From an uncultured virus (IMG/VR IMGVR_UViG_3300006803_000022) (taxonomy: Duplodnaviria; Heunggongvirae; Uroviricota; Caudoviricetes): 64,000 bases of DNA. Every line of letters begins with the position of its first letter. Positions within the stretch are counted from its first letter, which is position 1. A program made the position numbers and the translations under genes. The DNA lies in the IMG/VR virus record IMGVR_UViG_3300006803_000022. One strand, written 5' to 3'. Positions 36,960 to 46,684 of this stretch are shown piece after piece. The notes below the pieces were generated by a model. That model was not told where the DNA came from, searched no databases, and saw nothing but the letters and a program-made list of their open reading frames with translations.

Positions 36960-39900
36960 ATGTCAAAAGTAGGAATGGGTAAAGCTGCATCTGATCTGCA
37001 GGGTGGCCAAACCCCAACCGCTGCTGATTCCACACGCTCAACGCTGTCAGCAGCACTAGGCAATATTGTGGACGGCATGGAGATCCCGAAGGTAGAAGAA
37101 ACACCTTCTGGTCTTCCAAATGCTGATACTTCTATATACTCAGAAGGAGCAGGTTTCACCCCAGAAGGTGACCTGCTTCCTCTGGATGAACGTGCTGCGC
37201 TTGCCGATCAAGGGATGATGAATCCTGAATTTACTGATTGGCAGGATGCTGGCACCCAAAGGTATCAAGCAGAACAACAAGCAAGCGCTCCTATTGAAGC
37301 AATGGTAAGTACCCCAGATAGGGAGAACTCCGTCAATATGATGGCTAGGGCTGAGCACTTTTCTAAGCAGATAGACAAGGCCAGTAATCCAGACGCTTAC
37401 ACGATCAACTGGCACCCCAAATCCAGTGTTCGTGATGACTATGTAAACCTAAACAAGAAGATCGCCAACAGCCAATCACTAGTGGAAAAAACAGAACTCC
37501 TTCAACAAAGGGAGCAGCTAGTAAAGAACCAAGGTGAAACTGAGAACACTCTGTCTCAGACTATCAACACCAAACTGAATGCTGTTGTAGAAGATCCAAA
37601 TACAGGAATGACTTCTATAGATCCTGACTTCGGTCGTGTAGTCTCTATGGCTACTGAGAACTCCTTGGACAATGCGTTCATGGGGAACAAAGACGTAGAC
37701 GAAGATATGGAAAATAGTATGACTGAAGACGAGCGAGGCAATGCCATCGCCGTTGACAAGATCAATCCAGCTGACCTAGCTACTCAGACAGGCCGTCAGA
37801 TCCACAAGTGGTGGGTTGCGGAGAAGAAAGCTAATGGTCAACCTGTTGCAGACACTCTCACAGATCAGGAAGCTAAGGATCTCGGCGCTACAGGACTTAT
37901 GTCCTACGCTGGTGCCTTTCCTGACATGCTTGGTGTAGACTACACTAAGGGTGGTCGTGATGCTGATGGTAATCCTAATGCAGAAGGCATGAGGTTTGTC
38001 CTAAAGGATGAAGGAAGAAGAAGTCTGGAAGCTAACAGAGATACTCGTAAGCGTATCTTCGACACTCGTACAGAGCCAAGCAGAACTGCTAAACCAGCAG
38101 GACTCACAGGTGACAGTGCGAAGGAGAAGCCCGCTATCAGAGGTCGTAAGAACCTCGAATCTGACGACAAGGCCTATGCATCCTTGGAGACAGTAGAGGA
38201 ATCTCTGAGTAACCAGAACAGTGTCAACCACATCGTTGACAACCGTCGTTCCCGTATAGCACTTGCACTGCTACTTCCTTCTCTCTACGGAGAGATAGGT
38301 GACCCTACTAACGTCTTTGGAGACGCATTCGGTATGGGCAGTGTTGCTTATGATACTATTGTTAAAGAGCAGATGACTCTCCACAACATGCCAGAAGACA
38401 AGGCCAACAACTTCGCAATGAATGTTATTCAGAGCAAGAAGAAGGCTATGGCTAGAGAGATACAGGCTATCGCAAAGAACATGGGTGTGCCTAACTACCT
38501 TACCTACGCTATGCAACCACTGACTGGGCGTACTATGGCTCAGCAAACGGACTTCAACCCAACGAGGAAGAAGATCGTACGGTTTGTTACAAGGTCGATG
38601 CACCCTGCGGTGATCAGATCTGCTGCTGGTAGGTTGTACGACAACTACATGAACATCATGGCTCTTTCTTTTGGTGCTGATTCTTTTCTTCCTAGAGGGA
38701 GAATGAGGGATCTTAACAACAACAAACAGAAGTACCGTGACTGGGGTATATCTCTTAGAGACAATCTAGAGACAGCATTCCCAGAGGCTATGTTCTTGCA
38801 AGGCACTGAGGCTATCAGAGAAGGACAACAAGTCCCAGACCCTAGCCAGCAGCTTCTACTCTTTCAGAGGGGACTAGCTCCTGATCTTATGGAGTACCTG
38901 ACCAAGAAGGGTGAAGACGCCCCTATGGCTATGGATGCCCTGATAGACTTTGCGAACTTCTGGGATAACATGGATGCAGGTAAGCCCCATAAGACACACG
39001 TCAATGCTTATATTGATGGTAAGACTAATGGTATTGCGAACCAAGCTATCATGTTGGGTATCCGTAAGCTTGCCTTCAAGGTAGGACTACTAAGAAGTGA
39101 TGGTTCCGAGACAGCTATTGAAGGTGGCGACGTACGTGACCGTATGGCTGAGCTTATTACCGCTAGACTGGACGAGGGTACGATCCCTGTGATACCTATG
39201 AACAGGTTGCAGGATGGTAAAGATGGTATTCTACTCAAGGTACTTAAGAAACTAGGTGCTGACCGTACGATCAACAAACAGATTTCCATGATCTTCCCAT
39301 ACGGGAAAGAGATTACTGGGATGAAGGGAGAGATCGCTAAGCTAATCCCTGAGATTCGTTCTAAGGATAAGTTGTTAGATCAGAACATGAGTGAACTTGA
39401 GGCCGCTGGTATCAAGACCAGTGAGATCGTGGCAGCAGCACATGACAACGTCGTGTACTCGCTCTTCGACATCTTTGGTGAGGATACCTTCAAGACAAGA
39501 TCAATCATGAGACACGTAGGTTTCCTACACGCTCTCACAGATTCCCTGTTTTCAATCAGAGGACCAGTAGGTCATCGTATTAACATGGGTGATCGTAGGA
39601 TTGATCCTAGTACCACTAAGACTACCTCTGTCTCGGTCAAGAATACGGCTCAGGATCAGAACAAGAACATGACTATGAAGCTGAATGTGTCAGATCAGTA
39701 TCTTTCCTCGGCTTCCAATAAGCCTAGCGATCTAGATCCTCGCGGAGACGTGGGTGGTCATGCTCGTGGACAGGCTCAGGTCATCCCCACACAGTCCTAC
39801 GACGCTGCTGTGGTACTACGTTCTTCTTCTGGTAAGACTTGGGATAAGTTGAAGGCTTCACACCCTGCTGCTGAACCCTATTTCTTACAGATCTATGACG

Positions 39901-40571
39901 CCTACAAGGTAGACGTACATAACTTTGATGTACTTTCTGAGGAGGTCAACAACAACTGGTTTGACCTAACGACGAAAGACTACTCATTTCTTGAAGAGGC
40001 TCAGAAAGAATTGGACACGTTGTCTAACTCCTTCGAAGCTCGAATGAAGGCTGACCCAACTCGTGAGTATTCCCTCGAAGGCGATGGAACATTCTCTTAC
40101 CTCGGTAGGATTATGGATCCAGAAGCTAAGAGAAATACTGATGGGAAGGTGATCTATACTCGTAAGGCTGCTAAGGTTTTCGCTGCGTCTATATTTCCTA
40201 TGGACCCTGACGGAAACTTTATGGGTCGAACGGATTATAAGGCCAACCCTAAGAGCCGTAAGACACCTGCAATCATCATGGAAGAGTACAATAACTTCCT
40301 GAATGATCAAGCTGGTGCATTGCAAACTCTTATGACAAAGGCTATCAACGGTGCGGGTAAAAAGAATCTGAGAGTAGGTGAAATTCCTAGCTCAATTAAT
40401 TCTATGGAAGCTCTCGCAGTTTTTGAAGCAGTGACAAGATTCTCCCACAGTAAAGCTCGTCTAGGCTCCCTTGTACAAAGGACCAACAAGAACCGTGCAG
40501 CGCTGAGAGCAGAAACTATTGCTCAGAAAATCCGAACAGGCTTTGGCGCGTTGCAATTCTGGGCGCATTGA
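36960..40571 (+). CDS. putative virion-encapsidated single-subunit RNA polymerase (N4 vRNAP-like)
   Basis: LTGR; motif A YIDGKTNG; motif B RTINKQISMIFPYG; PTQSYDA; motif C LQIYDAY. Confidence 0.8.
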   Translation: MSKVGMGKAASDLQGGQTPTAADSTRSTLSAALGNIVDGMEIPKVEETPSGLPNADTSIYSEGAGFTPEGDLLPLDERAALADQGMMNPEFTDWQDAGTQRYQAEQQASAPIEAMVSTPDRENSVNMMARAEHFSKQIDKASNPDAYTINWHPKSSVRDDYVNLNKKIANSQSLVEKTELLQQREQLVKNQGETENTLSQTINTKLNAVVEDPNTGMTSIDPDFGRVVSMATENSLDNAFMGNKDVDEDMENSMTEDERGNAIAVDKINPADLATQTGRQIHKWWVAEKKANGQPVADTLTDQEAKDLGATGLMSYAGAFPDMLGVDYTKGGRDADGNPNAEGMRFVLKDEGRRSLEANRDTRKRIFDTRTEPSRTAKPAGLTGDSAKEKPAIRGRKNLESDDKAYASLETVEESLSNQNSVNHIVDNRRSRIALALLLPSLYGEIGDPTNVFGDAFGMGSVAYDTIVKEQMTLHNMPEDKANNFAMNVIQSKKKAMAREIQAIAKNMGVPNYLTYAMQPLTGRTMAQQTDFNPTRKKIVRFVTRSMHPAVIRSAAGRLYDNYMNIMALSFGADSFLPRGRMRDLNNNKQKYRDWGISLRDNLETAFPEAMFLQGTEAIREGQQVPDPSQQLLLFQRGLAPDLMEYLTKKGEDAPMAMDALIDFANFWDNMDAGKPHKTHVNAYIDGKTNGIANQAIMLGIRKLAFKVGLLRSDGSETAIEGGDVRDRMAELITARLDEGTIPVIPMNRLQDGKDGILLKVLKKLGADRTINKQISMIFPYGKEITGMKGEIAKLIPEIRSKDKLLDQNMSELEAAGIKTSEIVAAAHDNVVYSLFDIFGEDTFKTRSIMRHVGFLHALTDSLFSIRGPVGHRINMGDRRIDPSTTKTTSVSVKNTAQDQNKNMTMKLNVSDQYLSSASNKPSDLDPRGDVGGHARGQAQVIPTQSYDAAVVLRSSSGKTWDKLKASHPAAEPYFLQIYDAYKVDVHNFDVLSEEVNNNWFDLTTKDYSFLEEAQKELDTLSNSFEARMKADPTREYSLEGDGTFSYLGRIMDPEAKRNTDGKVIYTRKAAKVFAASIFPMDPDGNFMGRTDYKANPKSRKTPAIIMEEYNNFLNDQAGALQTLMTKAINGAGKKNLRVGEIPSSINSMEALAVFEAVTRFSHSKARLGSLVQRTNKNRAALRAETIAQKIRTGFGALQFWAH

Positions 40572-40610
40572 ATCGGCTGTCGATGTCGGTTGCCATAAGA
40601 GTGTAATGAG

Positions 40611-40667
40611 AAAAAAAAGAGACCACTACCTATACCCATAAGGGCGTAAGTAGTGGTCTTTTTTATT
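40611..40667. terminator. bidirectional terminator between the converging arms
   Basis: A8-G-AGACCACTAC...GTAGTGGTCT-TTTTT. Confidence 0.85.
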
Positions 40668-40891
40668 TAAGGTTTCGCTCGTTTTCCGATGTTACTAGCT
40701 ACGTCTGCCAGTTCACGTTCAGGCTTTGCAGCTTCTGCCATGACACGCTTAGCGACAGCGTTCAGTTCCCTCAGGTCCTCTGGACGAGGCTGACGGCCTT
40801 TGCCAACAGTAAATCCTTGTTCTAATCCAGAAGTAAAAGCTCCTAACATAAGAGCATCCAGAGTCATCTCTGCTTTCTTCTCATCAATCAT
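40667..40891 (-). CDS. hypothetical protein
   Basis: 74-aa ORF ending at the terminator. Confidence 0.6.
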   Translation of the reverse strand: MIDEKKAEMTLDALMLGAFTSGLEQGFTVGKGRQPRPEDLRELNAVAKRVMAEAAKPERELADVASNIGKRAKP

Positions 40892-41180
40892 TAAGCATAC
40901 CCTTAGAGGCCAACAGACCGTTGATCTCTCCTAGCTTAAGGTTACGAATAGAGAGTGCTTTAGTATGTGCTTCACTCTCTCGTAGACCATTCTCTACGAA
41001 TGATGCTACGTTGTCCTCGTATGCACGATCAAGCATGAACTCGTTGATACCGGGCGTGTGTGCCAAACGGTGAGGCATGTTGAATGCTTCCACGTAGTCC
41101 ATGTCGTTTACATCTAGTCCTTTCAGGGCTGAGACATTGTAGTTAATTCGATCATCATGATCCATTTTCTCGTTATTCAT
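40884..41180 (-). CDS. hypothetical protein
   Basis: 98-aa ORF overlapping the next gene. Confidence 0.6.
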   Translation of the reverse strand: MNNEKMDHDDRINYNVSALKGLDVNDMDYVEAFNMPHRLAHTPGINEFMLDRAYEDNVASFVENGLRESEAHTKALSIRNLKLGEINGLLASKGMLND

Positions 41181-41284
41181 CTTTATTCTCTCTAGTTTTG
41201 TGGGCTGACACTACGTCAGCTGTCCACTGAGCGGCTATAGCTATCAATTATGATAGACCATAGCCTACAGAGGCTACAGGCTCT

Positions 41285-43666
41285 CTATGCGAAGAAATAG
41301 TCTGAGTCTCTTACTTGGGCAATCTCTAGATCACCTCGTGTTGGCTGCTCTACGGTGAGTCCTTTGGTGTCACTCAGTATAGCTTCCTCGATATAGTCAT
41401 AGAAATTGTCCTCATCATACATCACAATGAAGCACTCTTTGGTAAGATCTATAAGCTCGGCTACGTCAGAGGCGTGTGTTGCGAATGCATCGTGTACTGC
41501 TGCGAAGGCTCCATCCCAGTTATCAATAATGATAGCCATGTGTGAGCCGTCCATAGAGTGTGTGAAGTTAGGACTGATGCCACTCATGAAGCCACGCATG
41601 TTTGGTATTTCTGTCTTCTCATAAGCGACATGGTTGATTCGTCCAACCCCATTGATCGTTCCCTTGCACTTAATCGACCTCTGGATATAGTTCTCGTATA
41701 TAACGTGGAAACCAGAGGGTGTAGTCCATCTGATGTCTCTAGCACCATTACCTTCAATGAGGGTTGATGTGTAGTCATCCAGTGAGAGTACGAGGCCGTT
41801 GAGTTCTTGAAGGTCTTCATCTGTCTTATTCCTTTTGTACTTCAGGGTTTTGATCTTGGCCTTCAGAGCTTTGAGGCTCTTGTTTCCAATCTTCCCGTGT
41901 ATGAAATACGCGTAAGTTCCAATCTCGTACGCTGCCAGCTTCTGTAAGAAGGACATAGTCTCTAGTGGTCCCGGGCATACTTTATTAATAGCAGTGATAA
42001 GATTATGTGACAACTTGTTGCAGTCATCCACATTGATCCCATAGGTTTCAGTGAAGTCCTCTTGGTAGCAATCGGCATACATGTTGGTAGCCATTGTCTT
42101 CTGACCTGCTGAGTACGCTCTGGTCATGCTTCCACGCTTACTAATTCCTTTCCTGATGTGCTTCATAGGCATCTGCTTCTCGGCAAACCATTCAGGCATT
42201 AGGTGTATCAGTTCCTTAGCAGTAGATACATAGAAATCCTTTTGTATTTCAGACGGTACGAGGCCCACCAGTGAACCAGTTTTAGAATCCTTTGACATCG
42301 CACCAAGGTGCTGCCATCCGTTGTTTGAACCATCAATCTGGATTGGGAGTCTTGAGTTGAATCCTGTGGGATCAGTAAGATACCCGCACCACTCCACACA
42401 GCATGCATAGAAACTAACAGGTTTCTCGGCTGATAGATCGATTTCTTCTTCTTCAACATATCTAATAATCCTATCTAGGTTGTTCTCTGTCCAGTTGGCT
42501 CTGTCGTTGAGAGTCATCTTGTCCACAGATATAGTATCAAGACCTTCTTCTTTTAGGTACTCGACGTAGTCTGTTTCACACCATGCAGGTATAGCTGAGA
42601 CATGGTAGGATTCATTGAATGAGACTGCTGTATGTATGGCCAGCCACTTACGACCTTCGTCAGTGATTGGTTTCCCTTCTTTGAATTCGATGATACCACG
42701 TGCAGCATCTGTCCCTTGGAAATTGAAGAATGACTCGACATAGTAGAACCTACCTCTGTAATCCAACTCTATCGTCTGATAGAATTCTGGCTCACCTCTT
42801 AGGAGTTGGGCCTTTTGCATTGTGTATTCGAAGGCAGTCTTCTTGGACTGCTTCTTGAGTGCAACCAGTTTCAGGTTCCACATTGTTGCTTCTTTGACGT
42901 ACTTGTCTTTCTTCTTATCAAGATCAGTAGAGGGTTTACCTTTAGCTTTGTTCTTTGCCATACGCCATGCGTAGTAGGCATCATCCATAGCCTTCTTGTT
43001 ACCTTCTTTTGGTACCTCTACTTTACCTTCCGTGATAAAGAGATTCTTGTTGCTCTCCACTGCTCTGAGTACTGGAATGTTTATCCTGAGCGGGATCCCC
43101 TGCAGCTTATCCACAGCGGAGATGTGTTGTCCATCTCTGACGATCTCCCATTCTTCTCTTGTGTACTTGTCTCTCTTAAGCACTCTACGATTTGGAAATC
43201 TAGGTGGTTCGAACGTAGTGCCTCGTAGATCCTTCTTAGTTCTGACCAGAGGGTATTCAGAAATGTCTGACCATCTGGTCTCAAGGTGTACCACATATGG
43301 AGCATCCTTATTGAATTCGGAGAAGGCAGGATCTCTGTACACATTGATGTAGTTGAGTGCGTACAAGGCTTCTACGAATAGATCACCTAACCTTACCTTC
43401 TGGTCGAACGGTGCATCATCTACTCCCATCATGAGAAGGATGCGGTTACCGATACTTGTAGAGATCTGTGTTAGCTTAGCCATACCGGGGATATCGCTAC
43501 GCTGCATACAGGCCATGATGTTCTGTATCGAGGAGTTGATGTAATCGTCAAGGTCATTGTCTGACTTGTCGAAACGTAGTATCGTCGCACCAGTACCCCC
43601 TGACTTTCCAGACAGAGGACTGATACGATCTATCTTCTTTTGAATGTAGTCCTTTATGTCTTTCAT
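41285..43666 (-). CDS. T7-like monomeric DNA-directed RNA polymerase
   Basis: DYRGRFY, QIDGSNNGWQH, KRGSMTRAY, SPNFTHSMDGSH, AVHDAF. Confidence 0.95.
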   Translation of the reverse strand: MKDIKDYIQKKIDRISPLSGKSGGTGATILRFDKSDNDLDDYINSSIQNIMACMQRSDIPGMAKLTQISTSIGNRILLMMGVDDAPFDQKVRLGDLFVEALYALNYINVYRDPAFSEFNKDAPYVVHLETRWSDISEYPLVRTKKDLRGTTFEPPRFPNRRVLKRDKYTREEWEIVRDGQHISAVDKLQGIPLRINIPVLRAVESNKNLFITEGKVEVPKEGNKKAMDDAYYAWRMAKNKAKGKPSTDLDKKKDKYVKEATMWNLKLVALKKQSKKTAFEYTMQKAQLLRGEPEFYQTIELDYRGRFYYVESFFNFQGTDAARGIIEFKEGKPITDEGRKWLAIHTAVSFNESYHVSAIPAWCETDYVEYLKEEGLDTISVDKMTLNDRANWTENNLDRIIRYVEEEEIDLSAEKPVSFYACCVEWCGYLTDPTGFNSRLPIQIDGSNNGWQHLGAMSKDSKTGSLVGLVPSEIQKDFYVSTAKELIHLMPEWFAEKQMPMKHIRKGISKRGSMTRAYSAGQKTMATNMYADCYQEDFTETYGINVDDCNKLSHNLITAINKVCPGPLETMSFLQKLAAYEIGTYAYFIHGKIGNKSLKALKAKIKTLKYKRNKTDEDLQELNGLVLSLDDYTSTLIEGNGARDIRWTTPSGFHVIYENYIQRSIKCKGTINGVGRINHVAYEKTEIPNMRGFMSGISPNFTHSMDGSHMAIIIDNWDGAFAAVHDAFATHASDVAELIDLTKECFIVMYDEDNFYDYIEEAILSDTKGLTVEQPTRGDLEIAQVRDSDYFFA

Positions 43667-43667
43667 T

Positions 43668-43853
43668 CTATTCCTTTGGGTATCTTAGTTCGTTAACCTC
43701 ATTCTCGGACAGTCCATAGATGTACTGCTTTCTTCCTTTTCCGAAAGTCCATGTACCGAATCCATCTTTGAACCATGCCACAAACGTGTTCTCATCTACT
43801 CTGGCTACTATGTTAGCAACCACAAGCTTATCTCTGATTGCATCTGTGATCAT
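43668..43853 (-). CDS. hypothetical protein
   Basis: ATGA-coupled start at 43853 (MITDAIRD). Confidence 0.55.
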   Translation of the reverse strand: MITDAIRDKLVVANIVARVDENTFVAWFKDGFGTWTFGKGRKQYIYGLSENEVNELRYPKE

Positions 43854-44350
43854 TTCAGCACTTCCTCTATGTGTAGTGGTGTGTATCCTGTCTTCTCTAC
43901 ACACACATTCACATGACGTTTGGTGGGACTAAGCTTCTCGTGTATATGTCCATGCACATTGAACTCTACCTTGCGGATAGAATCCTCATGCACTGGTACA
44001 TGTGTCAGCAGCATGTTGTGTTCCTTGAAGAGCCTCCACATCATTACCTTCTGGAAGAACCCACCACAGGCCATGAATCTAACATCATCATGGTTACCCA
44101 CAACAAGTCTCTTAGATCCCATGAGGCGTGGCCATGTCTTCTTGAACCACTCCTTGTCTCCAAAGAATACATCTCCAAGATGGTAGACTTTATCTCCCGG
44201 TCGGACCACAGCGTTCCAGTTCTGAATGATTGTCTCATTCATCTCTTGGACATTGTCGAAGGCTCTTACCTTATCACCCTTCTCATCCATGAAGTTTAGC
44301 ATGTTTGAATGATTAAGGTGTGTATCGCTTATGATCCATATGTTACTCAT
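43850..44350 (-). CDS. calcineurin-like metallophosphoesterase
   Basis: SDTH, LGD, GNHD, THVP, HGHIH. Confidence 0.9.
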   Translation of the reverse strand: MSNIWIISDTHLNHSNMLNFMDEKGDKVRAFDNVQEMNETIIQNWNAVVRPGDKVYHLGDVFFGDKEWFKKTWPRLMGSKRLVVGNHDDVRFMACGGFFQKVMMWRLFKEHNMLLTHVPVHEDSIRKVEFNVHGHIHEKLSPTKRHVNVCVEKTGYTPLHIEEVLK

Positions 44351-46146
44351 AGACCCATCCTTTCTTTCATCTTGTCGATTGATACAGCATCTGCTGCTTT
44401 GAATAGACTCTCTACACTTGCTACGGCTGTAGCAGATATAGCTTCTAACCTTCTTGTTGTCTTGTTGAAGAATGAAGAACCAGCTTCACCAGTATTACCA
44501 GTGAATCGAGCTTTCAATACTCGGAATCTGATAGTGTTCTTACTACGTTCATCCTCTGCGATCATGTTCCTAGCAAATGCAACGATATCGAATGATACCT
44601 GCTTGATAGATCCTGATCCTTTGATGTCGTCTAGTGATGCCATGTGACCTTCTTCGAAGCTCTTGCCGCCAGCACCAGTCTTTCTCAGGTGTGAGATGAC
44701 ACCTAGCCACACAGGGAACTGCTTGACTAACTTGAGTAGGTCACTCATCATTTTGTCTACTGCTTCATTCCCAGTAAATCCCTCGTTGCCTTCGGAGACA
44801 GCGATAGTAATGTGGTCAAGTATAATGTGAGTACAACCCATTGCAGATAGTGCGCGGAGTTTGTTAATGAGACTTTCATCTCCAACAGATCCTTGGTGAT
44901 CGAGCACAATGACTCTCTCAGATGCGAATAGAGTTTCATAGGCTTCACGTTGTCGTACTTCATCATTCTTACTTACTTCATCCTCTTGGAAGTTCGTGAG
45001 CATAGCCATCTCAATGAACTTCTCTACAGTCTCACCTACATCTTCTTCAAGGCTTACGATACCTAGCTTAGTATCTGGTTGAGCGATGATGTGTAGCATG
45101 ATCTCTTTTGTAACAGTTGACTTACCAGAACCAGTACCAGAGGTGAATAGAACAATCTCATTCAACCTCATACCCTTTAGGAGTGTGTTCAGTCCTGATA
45201 GGCAGTCTGGGTATGGTAGGCATACCTTGTCCTTACGGTCCTTGAATCTGTTCCAGAGTTCTTCTCCCTTCACAAATCCAGCTGGCATGAACGGTTGTGC
45301 ATTGAAGATCTGATTGATTATGTACTCAGGCTTCTCTGCTCGTAGGGCGTCATTGGCATCCTTGTACTTAGTACATCCTACGATGACAGCCTTGGGTCCG
45401 ATAGCCTTAGCATACCGCTCCATAGAGTCCAACCCTGCGCCTGTCTTATCACGGTCAGGCCACAGGATTACTTTCTCGAAGGACATGATCCAATCGAGGT
45501 TGTTCATGAAGATTTGATCTACGTTCACATTGAACAGGGATACTACAGGGAATCGCTTACCCCCATACTTTAGGTGGTATGCTTGCTGTACTGCACAACA
45601 GTCATCTTCTCCCTCAGTGATTACCAGCATTCTACCACCAGCCTCGAACAAGTTCTGTCCGAATAGCTGGCAGTCTTTTCTATTCATGATCTGGGTGTCA
45701 CCCTTCATGTAGAATGCTTTATTCTGGTCCTCAGAACCATCATGCTTTTCTTTGTAAGCATTCAGCTTCCCGTTACGATACCAAGGGTAGTATCTTGCAC
45801 CCGGTGTACCATCCTCTTTTATTCTTGAATGAACACCATAGAACTCATAGATGTAGTTGTAGATGCCTCTCGGCTTTGATCCACGTATCGGCAGTGTCTG
45901 GATCTGCTCTAGCTTCTCAATGATTTCTTCGAAGTCTACTTCTTCTATCTCACGGCTTTTGAAGCCGCCCGGTGTGTCGCCATAGAACCATGTCTTGTTA
46001 CAGGCTCCATAGCAGGTGTAGTGATCGTCATAGTACCCCATGCTATCTGAGGAGCCACAAGTTTCACACTCATGTCTCCCCCTCAGTAGCTGCGGGTTCT
46101 TTATTGTCGGGTTGTCCATTATTTTTATTGTCTCGGCAATTATCAT
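44347..46146 (-). CDS. T7 gp4-like primase-helicase
   Basis: CxxC Zn finger, TEGEDD TOPRIM, KDAND, SGTGSGKST, ILDHIT, KGSGSIKQ. Confidence 0.95.
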   Translation of the reverse strand: MIIAETIKIMDNPTIKNPQLLRGRHECETCGSSDSMGYYDDHYTCYGACNKTWFYGDTPGGFKSREIEEVDFEEIIEKLEQIQTLPIRGSKPRGIYNYIYEFYGVHSRIKEDGTPGARYYPWYRNGKLNAYKEKHDGSEDQNKAFYMKGDTQIMNRKDCQLFGQNLFEAGGRMLVITEGEDDCCAVQQAYHLKYGGKRFPVVSLFNVNVDQIFMNNLDWIMSFEKVILWPDRDKTGAGLDSMERYAKAIGPKAVIVGCTKYKDANDALRAEKPEYIINQIFNAQPFMPAGFVKGEELWNRFKDRKDKVCLPYPDCLSGLNTLLKGMRLNEIVLFTSGTGSGKSTVTKEIMLHIIAQPDTKLGIVSLEEDVGETVEKFIEMAMLTNFQEDEVSKNDEVRQREAYETLFASERVIVLDHQGSVGDESLINKLRALSAMGCTHIILDHITIAVSEGNEGFTGNEAVDKMMSDLLKLVKQFPVWLGVISHLRKTGAGGKSFEEGHMASLDDIKGSGSIKQVSFDIVAFARNMIAEDERSKNTIRFRVLKARFTGNTGEAGSSFFNKTTRRLEAISATAVASVESLFKAADAVSIDKMKERMGL

Positions 46147-46684
46147 TATGCCAACGGGCGAGATTAGCTATATCACATTCAAATCCACAGTGTGCACATG
46201 GCAACCGTGGGAGATTGTAGGCTCTCTCTCTGAGCTTATCCCTTGTACTCTGGGCTACGACCTTCGGTGGTAGGAACTTGATTGCTCCTATCGCCTTGTT
46301 GTAATACTTCCTATTCCCATCTGGTAGCACTTCTGTGAGTACATCCATATCAAACTGAAGTTTTGTCTCTGTGTAGGTCAGTTCAGCTTGTGTTTCACAT
46401 TCACATAGAACGATGAACTCAAACTTATCCTTTCCAGTCTTAGAGATGTCTTCGTTGAGGTCAGCAGAAGAACCAGTATAGTCCCTCCACTTCATCTCTG
46501 TGAACTTCTTTCGCTTCCTCTTATACCCTTTAAGTGGTGGTAGAGTAGTTAATGAGAAGTACTTCTTCTTTCCTATGTATGCTCTCTGAGTTTCTTTATT
46601 AAGGATGAGGTATACAAATCCCTGATGTGTCTTAGGACTCATCTCTCTTTCGAAAGACCAGTGTCCATTATCAAACTGGCTCAT
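46070..46684 (-). CDS. GIY-YIG (Seg-like) endonuclease with C-terminal Zn finger
   Basis: GFVYLI...YIGKK, WRDYTGSS, CAHC...WH..NC. Confidence 0.8.
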   Translation of the reverse strand: MSQFDNGHWSFEREMSPKTHQGFVYLILNKETQRAYIGKKKYFSLTTLPPLKGYKRKRKKFTEMKWRDYTGSSADLNEDISKTGKDKFEFIVLCECETQAELTYTETKLQFDMDVLTEVLPDGNRKYYNKAIGAIKFLPPKVVAQSTRDKLRERAYNLPRLPCAHCGFECDIANLARWHNDNCRDNKNNGQPDNKEPAATEGET

